DNA of 64,000 nt from an uncultured Prevotella sp. (GCA_963931275.1 OZ006992.1:63810-127809); one strand, 5' to 3'; positions 27,550-36,232 are shown, counted from the stretch's first letter. Notes: a model not told the origin generated them from the sequence alone. Translations and numbers: made by a program.

Positions 27550-27934
27550 GGTTCATCCGCAAACCTTTTGGATGGCAACAATGCGTAGCAGGGCGTCGAA
27601 GACGTCCAATGTAGCTTAGCCGCATGTGGAGTGAAACGGAACTTGCGGCATGTATGCGCAAATAATATCGTCCTCGAAGAGGGCGAACGGCATTTACGGT
27701 TGTAAGGTTTAAGGTTATACGGTTATTGGGGTATACGGACATACCGCATAACCGTAAGAACCCGCCACCGCATAACCCAACACGCCATTCGCCCCCTTCG
27801 GGGACGGTTGGGGTAGTTTCGACTTACCGCAGGTTACGTTCGCCGCGCTCACTCCACCGGCGGTTAAGCGGAGTTTGCCCCCTTCGGGGACAGGATATAC
27901 TTTTATGTACAATCCAAAAGGTTTGCGGATGAAC
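27550..27934 (+). mobile_element. 385-bp MITE copy A (non-autonomous element)
   Basis: Terminal inverted repeats GTTCATCCGCAAACCTTTTGGAT (27551-27573 versus 27912-27934, 23/23). Flanked by a direct 9-bp duplication CATGAACTG (27541-27549 and 27935-27943). ~95% identical to the reverse complement of 56713-57097. Confidence 0.85.
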
Positions 27935-28072
27935 CATGAACTGCAAATACGGTGATTGCTTATTGCTTGATGTCGAAAGCTTGTGCGCATGATACGAAGA
28001 CAGCCGTCATGGCGTGGCGGATTGTTGGTCGCCCACTGCCTGACGGCTGTCGTGATGTTCAAGAAAGCTCCT

Positions 28073-29797
28073 TTACTCAACCTCGGCCTCCGCTGCGCGG
28101 AAGTTTACAAGGTCTTCGGCGATGAAGCTCTTCACGTATGTGTAATGTCCTACAACGTCTTCTTCTGCGTAACGCACGTACACGTTCGCGCTCTTGTTGA
28201 AGAGCTGCGGCGCACGGGTGGCGTCGTCGAGTATGAGCAGCGACATTAGGATGTCTCCGGTCATGTCGTACAGGCGGCGTCCGAGGAAGTCGTGAGCCTC
28301 CTGGCTGCCAAGTTCCTTCACGTAGTTCACGGCCTGTTCGTACAGTTCCACCATCTTCCTGACACGCTCCTGGAGCGGTTTCAGCTCTTCGGCAACCTCG
28401 TTTTCAAGCATCTCTTTTATTATTCCGAGGTAAGTTCCGTTGGTGATGTAGCGGATGGCGGCCACAACCTGAAGCTGCGTTGTGCCCTCGTATATAGAGA
28501 AGATGCGCGCGTCGCGGTAGAGACGCTGGCACTTGTACTCCATGATGAAGCCCGAACCGCCGTGTACCTGAATGGCGTCGTAGGCGTTCTGGTTGACGTA
28601 TTCTGAGTTCATACCCTTGGCCACGGGCGTGAAAGCGTCGGCCAGGCGTGAGTATTTCTTCAGTTCCTGACGCTCCTCTGCCGTCAGTTTGCGTTCGCGC
28701 GAGATGTCCTCAAGAGCCTTGTAAATGTCAACGTAGCGCGCCGTCATGTACAGGATGCTGCGCCCTGCGTCAAGTTTAGCCTTCATGCGCGAGAGCATGT
28801 CGTACACTGCGGGGAAGTTTATGATGGCCTTGTCGAACTGCTTGCGCTCCTTGGCGTATGCCAACGCCTCGTTGTATGCGGCCTGGCTTACGCCCACGCT
28901 CTGGGCTGCTATGCCCAAGCGTGCGCCGTTCATCAGTGCCATCACATATTTTATAAGGCCAAGACGGGTGCTGCCGCACAGTTCGGCCTTGGCGTTCTTG
29001 AACACGAGTTCGCAAGTGGGAGAGCCGTGTATGCCGAGCTTGTTCTCTATGTGGCGCACAGTAACGCCGCCGTTCCTCTTGTCGTAGATGAACATCGACA
29101 GTCCGCGGCCGTCATGTGTGCCGGCTTCGCTGCGGGCGAGGACGAGGTGTATGTCAGAGTCTCCGTTCGTGATGAAACGCTTTACGCCGTTAAGCAGCCA
29201 GCAGCCGTCGGCTTCGCTGTACGTAGCCTTGAGCATTACGCGCTGCAGGTCAGAGCCGGCGTCAGGCTCGGTGAGGTCCATGCTCATCGTCTCTCCGGCG
29301 CAAACGCGCGGAATGTACTTCTGCCTCTGCTCCTCGTTGCCGAACTCATAGAGTGTCTCTATGCAGTCCTGCAAGCTCCAGATGTTCTGGAATCCGGCAT
29401 CGGCGGCGGCAACAAGCTCTGAAGCCATCGAGTAGGGAGTCACAGGCATGTTAAGTCCGCCGTAACGGCGGGGCATCGACAGTCCCCAAAGGCCGGCCTT
29501 TCGCGTTGCGTCAAGGTTCTCATAGGTCTTTGATGCGTAGTGCATGCGGCCGTCAACGAGGTGCGGCCCTTCCGTGTCCACTTCCTCGCTGTTCGGTTCA
29601 AGTATGTTGGCGGCGATGTCGCCGGTGATTTCCAACACTCTCTTATAGTTCTCGATGGCGTCCTCATAGTCAACGGGCGCGTCTGCGTATTCATCCTTGT
29701 CGGCGAAGTTGCGCTCCTTCAGCTCGACAATCCTTTTCATGAGGGGATGGTTGAGGTGGAACTCAAACTCAGGATGGTCTGTATAATAGTTAGCCAT
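28073..29797 (-). CDS. acyl-CoA dehydrogenase (long form, Etf-linked)
   Basis: 574 aa. ...LTEPDAGSDL..., GIHGSPT, IYEGTTQLQ motifs. Last gene of the etfB-etfA-acd operon. Confidence 0.9.
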   Translation of the reverse strand: MANYYTDHPEFEFHLNHPLMKRIVELKERNFADKDEYADAPVDYEDAIENYKRVLEITGDIAANILEPNSEEVDTEGPHLVDGRMHYASKTYENLDATRKAGLWGLSMPRRYGGLNMPVTPYSMASELVAAADAGFQNIWSLQDCIETLYEFGNEEQRQKYIPRVCAGETMSMDLTEPDAGSDLQRVMLKATYSEADGCWLLNGVKRFITNGDSDIHLVLARSEAGTHDGRGLSMFIYDKRNGGVTVRHIENKLGIHGSPTCELVFKNAKAELCGSTRLGLIKYVMALMNGARLGIAAQSVGVSQAAYNEALAYAKERKQFDKAIINFPAVYDMLSRMKAKLDAGRSILYMTARYVDIYKALEDISRERKLTAEERQELKKYSRLADAFTPVAKGMNSEYVNQNAYDAIQVHGGSGFIMEYKCQRLYRDARIFSIYEGTTQLQVVAAIRYITNGTYLGIIKEMLENEVAEELKPLQERVRKMVELYEQAVNYVKELGSQEAHDFLGRRLYDMTGDILMSLLILDDATRAPQLFNKSANVYVRYAEEDVVGHYTYVKSFIAEDLVNFRAAEAEVE

Positions 29798-29814
29798 TGT
29801 TTTGATGTTTTTAT

Positions 29815-30337
29815 TGAAGTTAGCAGGAGTTAACGGGAGTTAGGCGCTTCGCGCCGGAGTTAACGGACATGTGCCTTGTTGCTGATTACGGCTATATGTC
29901 GTCTTTTATTCCGTTGTTCTTTATTATTCCCTTACAATATGAATTCAGATACCAACTTGTTTTTCAATCAATGCCTGAAGGCTTTTCGCGTCTTCGGTAG
30001 TTATGTATTTCAGGTCTGTTGCCAAGATGATGTAATATCTGCATTCTTCCAGACTACCTTGGGCTATATTCAGAAATCTAAGTTTATCCGCTTTACCCAA
30101 TTTTCTGTATCCTTCAGCTATGTTTGAAGGAATAGACACCGCTGCTCTTTGGAATTGTGAAGTTAATCCGAATGCTTCTGTGGAAGGAAACTTTTTCGTC
30201 ATTTCATATACGGATAACACAAATTCATGTGCTATCTGCCAAGCTACTATGTTTTTGAAGTTGTTTGTCATAAAAGCATTTGTCTGTTAACTCCAGCGAG
30301 CGTAGCGAGCTAATTCCTGTTAACTCCAGCTTACTCC
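29815..30337 (-). mobile_element. inverted-repeat cassette 1 enclosing a four-helix-bundle ORF
   Basis: Arms 29815-29868 and 30282-30337 (GGAGTTAAC units, ~80% complementary). Fills the 552-bp etfA-acd spacer to within 12-18 nt of both genes. Confidence 0.7.
29945..30271 (-). CDS. four-helix-bundle protein (23S rRNA IVS protein / Avd-like family), possibly C-terminally short
   Basis: MTNNFKNIVAWQIAHEFVLSVYEMTKKFP...FQRAAVSIPSNIAEGYRK...AQGSLEECRYYIILA. 108 aa. Confidence 0.85.
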   Translation of the reverse strand: MTNNFKNIVAWQIAHEFVLSVYEMTKKFPSTEAFGLTSQFQRAAVSIPSNIAEGYRKLGKADKLRFLNIAQGSLEECRYYIILATDLKYITTEDAKSLQALIEKQVGI

Positions 30338-30349
30338 TTATTAAAAATG

Positions 30350-31372
30350 TTACTTGCTGTTCTGTTTGTAATACTTGATGAGCTTCGGAACGACATCCTC
30401 CACCGTGCCAACTATCACGTAATCGGCTATCTGGTTGATAGGTGCGTCGGGGTCGCTGTTGATTGAAATGATGATGCCTGAGTCCTGCATGCCGGCTATG
30501 TGCTGGATTTGGCCGGATATTCCACAGGCGATGTAGACTTTCGGATGCACCGTAACGCCGGTCTGTCCGATTTGCCTGTCGTGGTCAACGAAGCCCGCGT
30601 CAACCGCGGCGCGGCTCGCACCGACTTCTCCATGCAGTTCTTTGGCGAGCTGGAATAGTAGGTCAAAGCCCTCTTTGCTGCCAACTCCGTAACCTCCGGC
30701 AACTACAATCGGCGCGCCTTTGAGGTTGTGTTTGGCTGCCTCTACGTGGCGGTCGATAACCTTGACGATGAAGTCTGCCGGGTCAGTGTACTTGCTTGCG
30801 TCGGGATATACCACCTCGTTCTTCGCCTCTCCGTCATACAAAGCCTTCTGCATAACGCCGCTGCGGACGGTCGCCATCTGCGGCCTGTGGTCGGGGTTTA
30901 CGATAGTCGCCACGATGTTACCGCCGAAAGCGGGGCGTATTTGGTAAAGAAGGTTGTCATAATGTTTGCCCGCTTTCTTGTCGTCATAGTCGCCGATTTC
31001 GAGTTGTGTGCAGTCGGCGGTGAGTCCGCTGGTGAGCGATGACGATACGCGGGGACCCAAGTCGCGTCCTATCACGGTTGCGCCCATGAGGCAAATCTGC
31101 GGTTTTTCCTCCTTGAAAAGGTTCACCAGAATTGACGTATGGGGCGCAGATGTGTACGGGAACAGTCCTTCGGCGTCGAAAACGAACAGCTTGTCAACGC
31201 CGTAAGGCAGGATTTGGCTTTCAACTTTGCCCTTGATGCCAGTGCCGGCAACCACGGCGTGCAGCTCTACGCCAAGCTGACAGGCGAGCTTGCGGCCCTT
31301 GGTGAGCAATTCTTGAGACACTTCGGCAACGGTAGTGCCTTCTATCTCGCAATATACGAATACGTTGTTCAT
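30350..31372 (-). CDS. etfA: electron transfer flavoprotein subunit alpha
   Basis: 340 aa. ...VVAGGYGVGS..., YIACGISGQIQHIAGM. Confidence 0.93.
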   Translation of the reverse strand: MNNVFVYCEIEGTTVAEVSQELLTKGRKLACQLGVELHAVVAGTGIKGKVESQILPYGVDKLFVFDAEGLFPYTSAPHTSILVNLFKEEKPQICLMGATVIGRDLGPRVSSSLTSGLTADCTQLEIGDYDDKKAGKHYDNLLYQIRPAFGGNIVATIVNPDHRPQMATVRSGVMQKALYDGEAKNEVVYPDASKYTDPADFIVKVIDRHVEAAKHNLKGAPIVVAGGYGVGSKEGFDLLFQLAKELHGEVGASRAAVDAGFVDHDRQIGQTGVTVHPKVYIACGISGQIQHIAGMQDSGIIISINSDPDAPINQIADYVIVGTVEDVVPKLIKYYKQNSK

Positions 31373-31382
31373 GTTTTCTTTA

Positions 31383-31917
31383 AGAATTTATAGAATTTAA
31401 AGAAGTTATAGAAGTTAAAGCCATTTGCTTTTATGGATGTATCATTCCATGGTTTCGCAGAATGTGCTTTCTTTGATTTTCCTGCTGTAGGCATTCAAAA
31501 GTCTGCTTGTGTTTTCTATTTCTTCACATAGCAAAGCATACCTGTTTTGGTCTATGTACCCCAAATCATGCGATAGTATGATGTAATACCTGCATTCTTC
31601 GAGACTGCCTTGTGAGATGTTCATAAAACGAAGTTTGTCAGCCTTGCTTATCTTTCTGTAACCTTCAGCAATATTGGCGGCAATAGAAACGGCCGCCCTT
31701 TCAAATTGTGGGCATAGGGCAAATCGTTCATGTCTTGGAAATAAACATGTTGTTTTGTATACATCCAGTACGAATTTGTGTGACGCTTGCCATGCCAAAA
31801 GATTTTGAAAGGTGTTGCTCATTTTGTTTTCTTGCTGTAAAGTATCCACGCCTTGCTGTCTGCCATGAAAGGTATTGGCTTTAACTTCTTTTACTTCTAT
31901 AACTTCTTTAACTTCCC
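31383..31917 (-). mobile_element. inverted-repeat cassette 2 enclosing a four-helix-bundle ORF
   Basis: Arms 31383-31422 and 31876-31917 (GAAGTTAWAG units, imperfect). Fills the 552-bp etfB-etfA spacer to within 7-10 nt of both genes. Confidence 0.7.
31442..31822 (-). CDS. four-helix-bundle protein (23S rRNA IVS protein / Avd-like family)
   Basis: MSNTFQNLLAWQASHKFVLDVYKTTCLFP...FERAAVSIAANIAEGYRK...SQGSLEECRYYIILS. 126 aa from ATG 31822. Confidence 0.88.
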   Translation of the reverse strand: MSNTFQNLLAWQASHKFVLDVYKTTCLFPRHERFALCPQFERAAVSIAANIAEGYRKISKADKLRFMNISQGSLEECRYYIILSHDLGYIDQNRYALLCEEIENTSRLLNAYSRKIKESTFCETME

Positions 31918-31924
31918 AATGAAT

Positions 31925-32794
31925 TTATCCAATTATCTTTTCTTCGAGCAGTTCTTTTATCATTCCTTCCACGTCGGTGTCGCTGCCGGTGAGGGTTTTG
32001 CTCTCTTTGGCCTGGAACACTATGTTCTTGACGGCTTTCACCTTGGTGGGCGAGCCAGCGAGTCCGCATTGCTGCGGGTCGCCGTCGATGTCGGCTACAG
32101 ACCATTGGTTGAGCGTCAGGTAGGGTCGCGTCTCATACAGTTCGGCGTGCGGCGTCTCCGGTGTGCGCTCGAGGGGCACGGTGGCGTATTTGTATTTCAT
32201 CACCAGCTTGGCGTTGCACGGGCGGCATGGTGCCGCGCTGCCGTTGACGGTCACAACGATGGGCATCGGTGCTTCCACCGTCTCCACTCCGCCGTCGATG
32301 TGGCGGCGTATGGTCAGCTTGCCGTCTTCGCATTTCAGTATTTCTTCGGCGTATGTCACTTGTGACAGTCCGAGCTTCTGGGCTACCTGGGGGCCTACCT
32401 GCGCGGTGTCGCCGTCGATTGCCTGGCGGCCTCCGATGATGATGTCAGCTCCGCCGATGTGTTTTATTGCCGTGGCGAGAGCGTAAGAGGTGGCGAGAGT
32501 GTCGGCACCGGCGAACAGGCGGTCGGTCAGCAGCCAGCCCGTGTCGGCTCCGCGGTAAAGTCCTTGGCGGATGATTTCAGCGGCGCGGGGAGGACCCATT
32601 GTAAGCACGCCTACGGTAGAACCGGGGTTCTGCTCTTTCAGGCGCAGGGCCTGTTCGAGCGCGTTTAGGTCTTCTGGGTTGAAGATTGCGGGCAGTGCGG
32701 CGCGGTTGACCGTCCCTTCGGCGGTCATCGCGTCCTTGCCCACGTTCCTCGTGTCGGGTACTTGTTTTGCAAGTACGATGATTTTAAGATTCAT
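31925..32794 (-). CDS. etfB: electron transfer flavoprotein subunit beta
   Basis: MNLKIIVLAKQVPDTRNV..., ADIIIGGRQAIDGDTAQVG. Confidence 0.93.
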   Translation of the reverse strand: MNLKIIVLAKQVPDTRNVGKDAMTAEGTVNRAALPAIFNPEDLNALEQALRLKEQNPGSTVGVLTMGPPRAAEIIRQGLYRGADTGWLLTDRLFAGADTLATSYALATAIKHIGGADIIIGGRQAIDGDTAQVGPQVAQKLGLSQVTYAEEILKCEDGKLTIRRHIDGGVETVEAPMPIVVTVNGSAAPCRPCNAKLVMKYKYATVPLERTPETPHAELYETRPYLTLNQWSVADIDGDPQQCGLAGSPTKVKAVKNIVFQAKESKTLTGSDTDVEGMIKELLEEKIIG

Positions 32795-32827
32795 AGTAGT
32801 ATATTAATAATGTAAAGTTCTATGTTG

Positions 32828-32835
32828 CAAAAATA
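32828..32835 (-). promoter_or_regulatory. Bacteroidetes -7 box TATTTTTG (etf operon)
   Basis: CAAAAATA on the plus strand, 34 nt upstream of the etfB ATG at 32794. Confidence 0.55.
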
Positions 32836-32876
32836 CACTTTTTTTGCGTGTCGGCAAAAGAAATGGGATTTTTTTA

Positions 32877-32989
32877 GGAGTTAAAGGAGTTAAGGGAGTC
32901 AAAGGAGTTAAGGACGCATGCTTTACGTGTTGGTAACCAACAGGGCATTTGTCTTTAACTCCTTTGACTCCCTTAACTCCTTTAACTAC
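32877..32989. repeat. periodic-unit hairpin (GGAGTTAAAG units), 37/39 stem
   Basis: GGAGTTAAAGGAGTTAAGGGAGTCAAAGGAGTTAAGGAC (32877-32915) pairs with 32951-32989. Lies just downstream of the META-domain gene. Confidence 0.88.
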
Positions 32990-32996
32990 GGTCTTT

Positions 32997-33431
32997 TTAC
33001 CTTTTCTCCAAGGTCATTACGGTCTTGCCGTCGGCAGTCTTGAGGTTCATTTTGCCGCCGGCCGTGATTTCGTATTTCTCGATTTTGCCCATTGCGCCAA
33101 GCACTTTGTTCTCGGTCTCCATGTCGGGGCACATCATCCTTGTGCTTCCCGTCTGTCCGAATGACATCGTGCCCTTCTTCGGGTCGGCCTGTATGCCGCC
33201 CACAAGGTTGTTGCATCCCGTGCATCCGTACAGGCGGTTGTCCTTTACGCTGAAGCCTATGAAGGCTTCCTTCTCGCCGGCTTTCTGCGTCAGGGCCTGT
33301 CCGTCAATTGTCGTGATTTTCCATTCTCCGTCGAGCGCGCCGAGCGTAGATGCGGCGTTGCGCGCCGTTCCGCATGATGTCATTACTGCGAGTACGCCCG
33401 CCATGCACAGGGCGATTAGTGGCTTTTTCAT
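32997..33431 (-). CDS. META-domain (HslJ-like) lipoprotein
   Basis: MKKPLIALCMAGVLAVMTSC lipobox, G.W.I..I.G, GCNN..G, MMC motifs. Start moved to ATG 33431. Confidence 0.85.
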   Translation of the reverse strand: MKKPLIALCMAGVLAVMTSCGTARNAASTLGALDGEWKITTIDGQALTQKAGEKEAFIGFSVKDNRLYGCTGCNNLVGGIQADPKKGTMSFGQTGSTRMMCPDMETENKVLGAMGKIEKYEITAGGKMNLKTADGKTVMTLEKR

Positions 33432-34179
33432 CTTTTTGTCCTTTCTTTTTACTTTAAAAAACATTCTGTTTGGCTCTCGTTCCGTCACGCTTGCGCGTTA
33501 ACGGACTGCAAATGTAAGCCTTTTTGCGCAACATACGGCGTGGCGGCAAGTTAAGAAATGTGATTAACCGAAATGCAGTATAGAAAATAAGGCATATAGG
33601 ATAAGCCGCGCCGCCGTTGTGACGCTTTGACATGCGCGCCCCCGTTTGCGCTTGCGTTTTGATTTGCCCATGTGCTTCCATACGGCGGTATTTTCAAAAA
33701 CAAATTGTTCATCGGCAAATATCGCAAGGGTGAGTGTGCAACGCTAACAGCTTGCAGTTTATGCCTTTAGGTGCGTTTGACTGTAAGATGTGCAACGAAA
33801 TGCTGTCGCCGTTGTTGCTGTTCACGGCCTTTTGCAGGGCGAAAGACCACATGTTGTGTTGTCGTTGACGCCCGATGATGGTGGCAAAAACGGTCTTTTT
33901 GTGGCGTTTTTGCGGTTAAATACGGTTAAAAATACGCTTCGCCGTGCAGTATTTCATGCTTTTCGGCATCGTCGGAGGCCGTGCCTTATGGGCGGCAAAG
34001 CCTGTTTCGTGGATTTAGGCGTGCGTTTTTGTTTTGCCAAGATGATGCGTGTCAGTGTTGTTTCGGTTTCATTTTGACACAGTGAAGGTAATCGTAAGTC
34101 ACGTTTCCCGATAAGGTTAAATATTCATCCATATTGTGTTTTTCTTTGAGCTTGGCGGTTGATTGTTGATTAAATGTGC

Positions 34180-34187
34180 TATCTTTG
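34180..34187 (+). promoter_or_regulatory. Bacteroidetes -7 box TATCTTTG (dnaG)
   Basis: ~117 nt upstream of the dnaG ATG, implying a long leader. Confidence 0.45.
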
Positions 34188-34303
34188 CAAGGCATGGGCG
34201 GGGCAAGCCTGTCCAAGACATTGCCGGAAGCTTGGCGATGGAATAGGGATGGTTGTCCCGATAGGAGTCTCGCGGACAGCGTGAGGCGCATTGAAACGAC
34301 ACT

Positions 34304-36232
34304 ATGATAGACAAAGCCACTATTGACAAAATCATGGACGCGGCGAACATCGTTGACGTCGTGTCTGAGTTCGTCACCCTGCGAAAGGCCGGGGTGAACT
34401 ACAAGGGGCTGTGCCCGTTCCACAACGAGAAGACGCCTTCGTTCGTGGTGTCGCCCTCGAAGGGCTACTGCCACTGCTTCTCGTGCGGCAAGGGCGGCAA
34501 CGCCGTGGGCTTCATCATGGAGCATGAGCAGATGACCTACCCCGAAGCCCTGCGCTGGCTGGCCAAGAAATACAACATAGAAATCCACGAACGGGAACTG
34601 ACCGACGAGGAGAAGCGCGAGGAGAGCGAGCGCGAGAGCCTGTTCATAGTGAACGACTGGGCCTTGCATTACTTCCAGGACAATCTCATGAACACCGAGC
34701 GCGGGCGTGCCATCGGCCTTGCGTATTTCCGCTCGCGCGGCTTCCGCGACGACACCATCAGCCGCTTCCAGCTCGGTTACGCAATGCCTGAGCGCGACGC
34801 CCTGGCCAAGGCCGCAAGGGCGAAAGGCTTCAAGGAGGAGTTTCTCATAACCACGGGGCTTTGCTACCGCCGCGATGACGGCACGCTGCAAGACCGCTAC
34901 GCCGGGCGCGTCATCTTCCCCGTGCATACCGTTACGGGGCGCGTAGTGGCCTTCGGAGGCCGCATCCTGGAGAACAACAAGAAGGCGGCGAAGTATGTCA
35001 ACTCGCCCGAGTCGCTCATCTACCACAAGAGCAACGAGCTGTACGGCATATACCAGGCCAAGCACGCCATAACGAAACAGGACCGGTGCTACCTCGTAGA
35101 GGGATATATCGACGTCACGTCGATGCACCAGAGTGGCGTTGAGAACGTCGTGGCATCGTCTGGCACGTCGCTCACCACGGGGCAAATCCGCCTGATCCGC
35201 CGCTTCTCTACCAACATAACCGTGCTTTACGACGGCGACGCCGCCGGCATACATGCCTCCATACGAGGCATCGACATGCTGCTGGCCGAGGGCATGAATG
35301 TCAAGGTGTTGCTGCTGCCTGACGGCGACGACCCTGACAGCTTCGCCCAAAAGCACCCGGCGGAGGAGTTTCGCAATTACATCGAAGCCCACCAGACTGA
35401 CTTCATCGAGTTCAAGACCAACCTGCTGCTCCGTGGCGTCACCGACCCTGTAAAACGTTCGGAGGCTATCAGCAGCATAGTCAAGAGCGTGTCGGTTGTG
35501 CCCGACCAAATCACACGAGCCACGTATCTGACCGAATGCGCACATCGTCTCGGTATGAGTGAATCGACGCTGATAAACACCGCCAACCAGTTCATACGCG
35601 GCGACATTGAGGAGAAGCGCAAGGAACAGCGGCGTGAGGAGGCCAAGGCCGACGGCCCGGTGAAGCCTCTGCAGCCGCTAAACGCCACAGCGGGGCAGCC
35701 CTCTGTTGAGTACATGTTGATGCAAATGGTCGTGCGCCACGGGCAGGAGACGCTTTACAAGGACATCGAGACCGAGGACGGCGGCAAGGTTGACCTCAGC
35801 GTGTCGCAGTATGTCAGTTACGACCTCGGGGCTGACGACCTGAAGTTCAACAACGACCTGTACAATCGCATGTTGGCCGAGGCCGTGGCACACAACGACG
35901 ACGAGGGCTTCAATGCCGAGGCTTATTTCACCCATCACCCCGACATCGACATCAGCCGCACGGCCACAGACATGGCCATCGACCATTTCCAGTTGAGCAA
36001 GAGCCTGCAAGTGAAGCGCGACGAGGACACCCTGCGCAACCAGGTTGAGCATCTAATACTCGACTTCCGCATGGATTACGTCGAGCGTCACCTCAAGGAG
36101 CTGCAGCGTGAAATCAGCCTCGCGGCCAACGATACCGACAAAGTGATGAAGCTGATGGCCGAATACAAGGACATGCAAGCCATACGCAACGAAATCGCGA
36201 AAGAGCTTGGAAGCGACATATTGATTAAATGA
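34304..36232 (+). CDS. dnaG: DNA primase
   Basis: Zinc-binding CPFHNEKTPSF.V....Y.CFSCG.GG and TOPRIM EGYIDV...YDGDAAG. Confidence 0.95.
   Translation: MIDKATIDKIMDAANIVDVVSEFVTLRKAGVNYKGLCPFHNEKTPSFVVSPSKGYCHCFSCGKGGNAVGFIMEHEQMTYPEALRWLAKKYNIEIHERELTDEEKREESERESLFIVNDWALHYFQDNLMNTERGRAIGLAYFRSRGFRDDTISRFQLGYAMPERDALAKAARAKGFKEEFLITTGLCYRRDDGTLQDRYAGRVIFPVHTVTGRVVAFGGRILENNKKAAKYVNSPESLIYHKSNELYGIYQAKHAITKQDRCYLVEGYIDVTSMHQSGVENVVASSGTSLTTGQIRLIRRFSTNITVLYDGDAAGIHASIRGIDMLLAEGMNVKVLLLPDGDDPDSFAQKHPAEEFRNYIEAHQTDFIEFKTNLLLRGVTDPVKRSEAISSIVKSVSVVPDQITRATYLTECAHRLGMSESTLINTANQFIRGDIEEKRKEQRREEAKADGPVKPLQPLNATAGQPSVEYMLMQMVVRHGQETLYKDIETEDGGKVDLSVSQYVSYDLGADDLKFNNDLYNRMLAEAVAHNDDEGFNAEAYFTHHPDIDISRTATDMAIDHFQLSKSLQVKRDEDTLRNQVEHLILDFRMDYVERHLKELQREISLAANDTDKVMKLMAEYKDMQAIRNEIAKELGSDILIK

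Noticed and set aside
27550-27574. tRNA/tmRNA T-arm-like sequence GGTTCATCC at MITE ends
   Set aside because: It does not match the GGTTCGAATCC consensus. There is no acceptor stem or anticodon arm context. The sequence is the terminal inverted repeat of a 385-bp element.
27726-27932. 68-aa ORF conserved between the two MITE copies (also 56716-56922)
   Set aside because: It is conserved only because the DNA element is duplicated. The three differences I tallied in the ORF between the copies are all non-synonymous (V/A, I/R, Q/P). The peptide is Pro/Arg/Ser-rich and its 3' end lies at the edge of the terminal inverted repeat. There is no promoter box.
29945-31849. Diversity-generating retroelement, suggested by the Avd-like four-helix-bundle genes
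   Set aside because: The window contains no reverse transcriptase, no template/variable repeat pair and no target gene with a C-terminal variable region. The ORFs are standalone.
34052-35545. 497-aa ORF antisense to dnaG
   Set aside because: It lies opposite an unambiguous primase gene. The translation is Ala/Arg/Val/His/Leu-rich with no motifs. This is the usual long antisense frame in GC-rich coding DNA.
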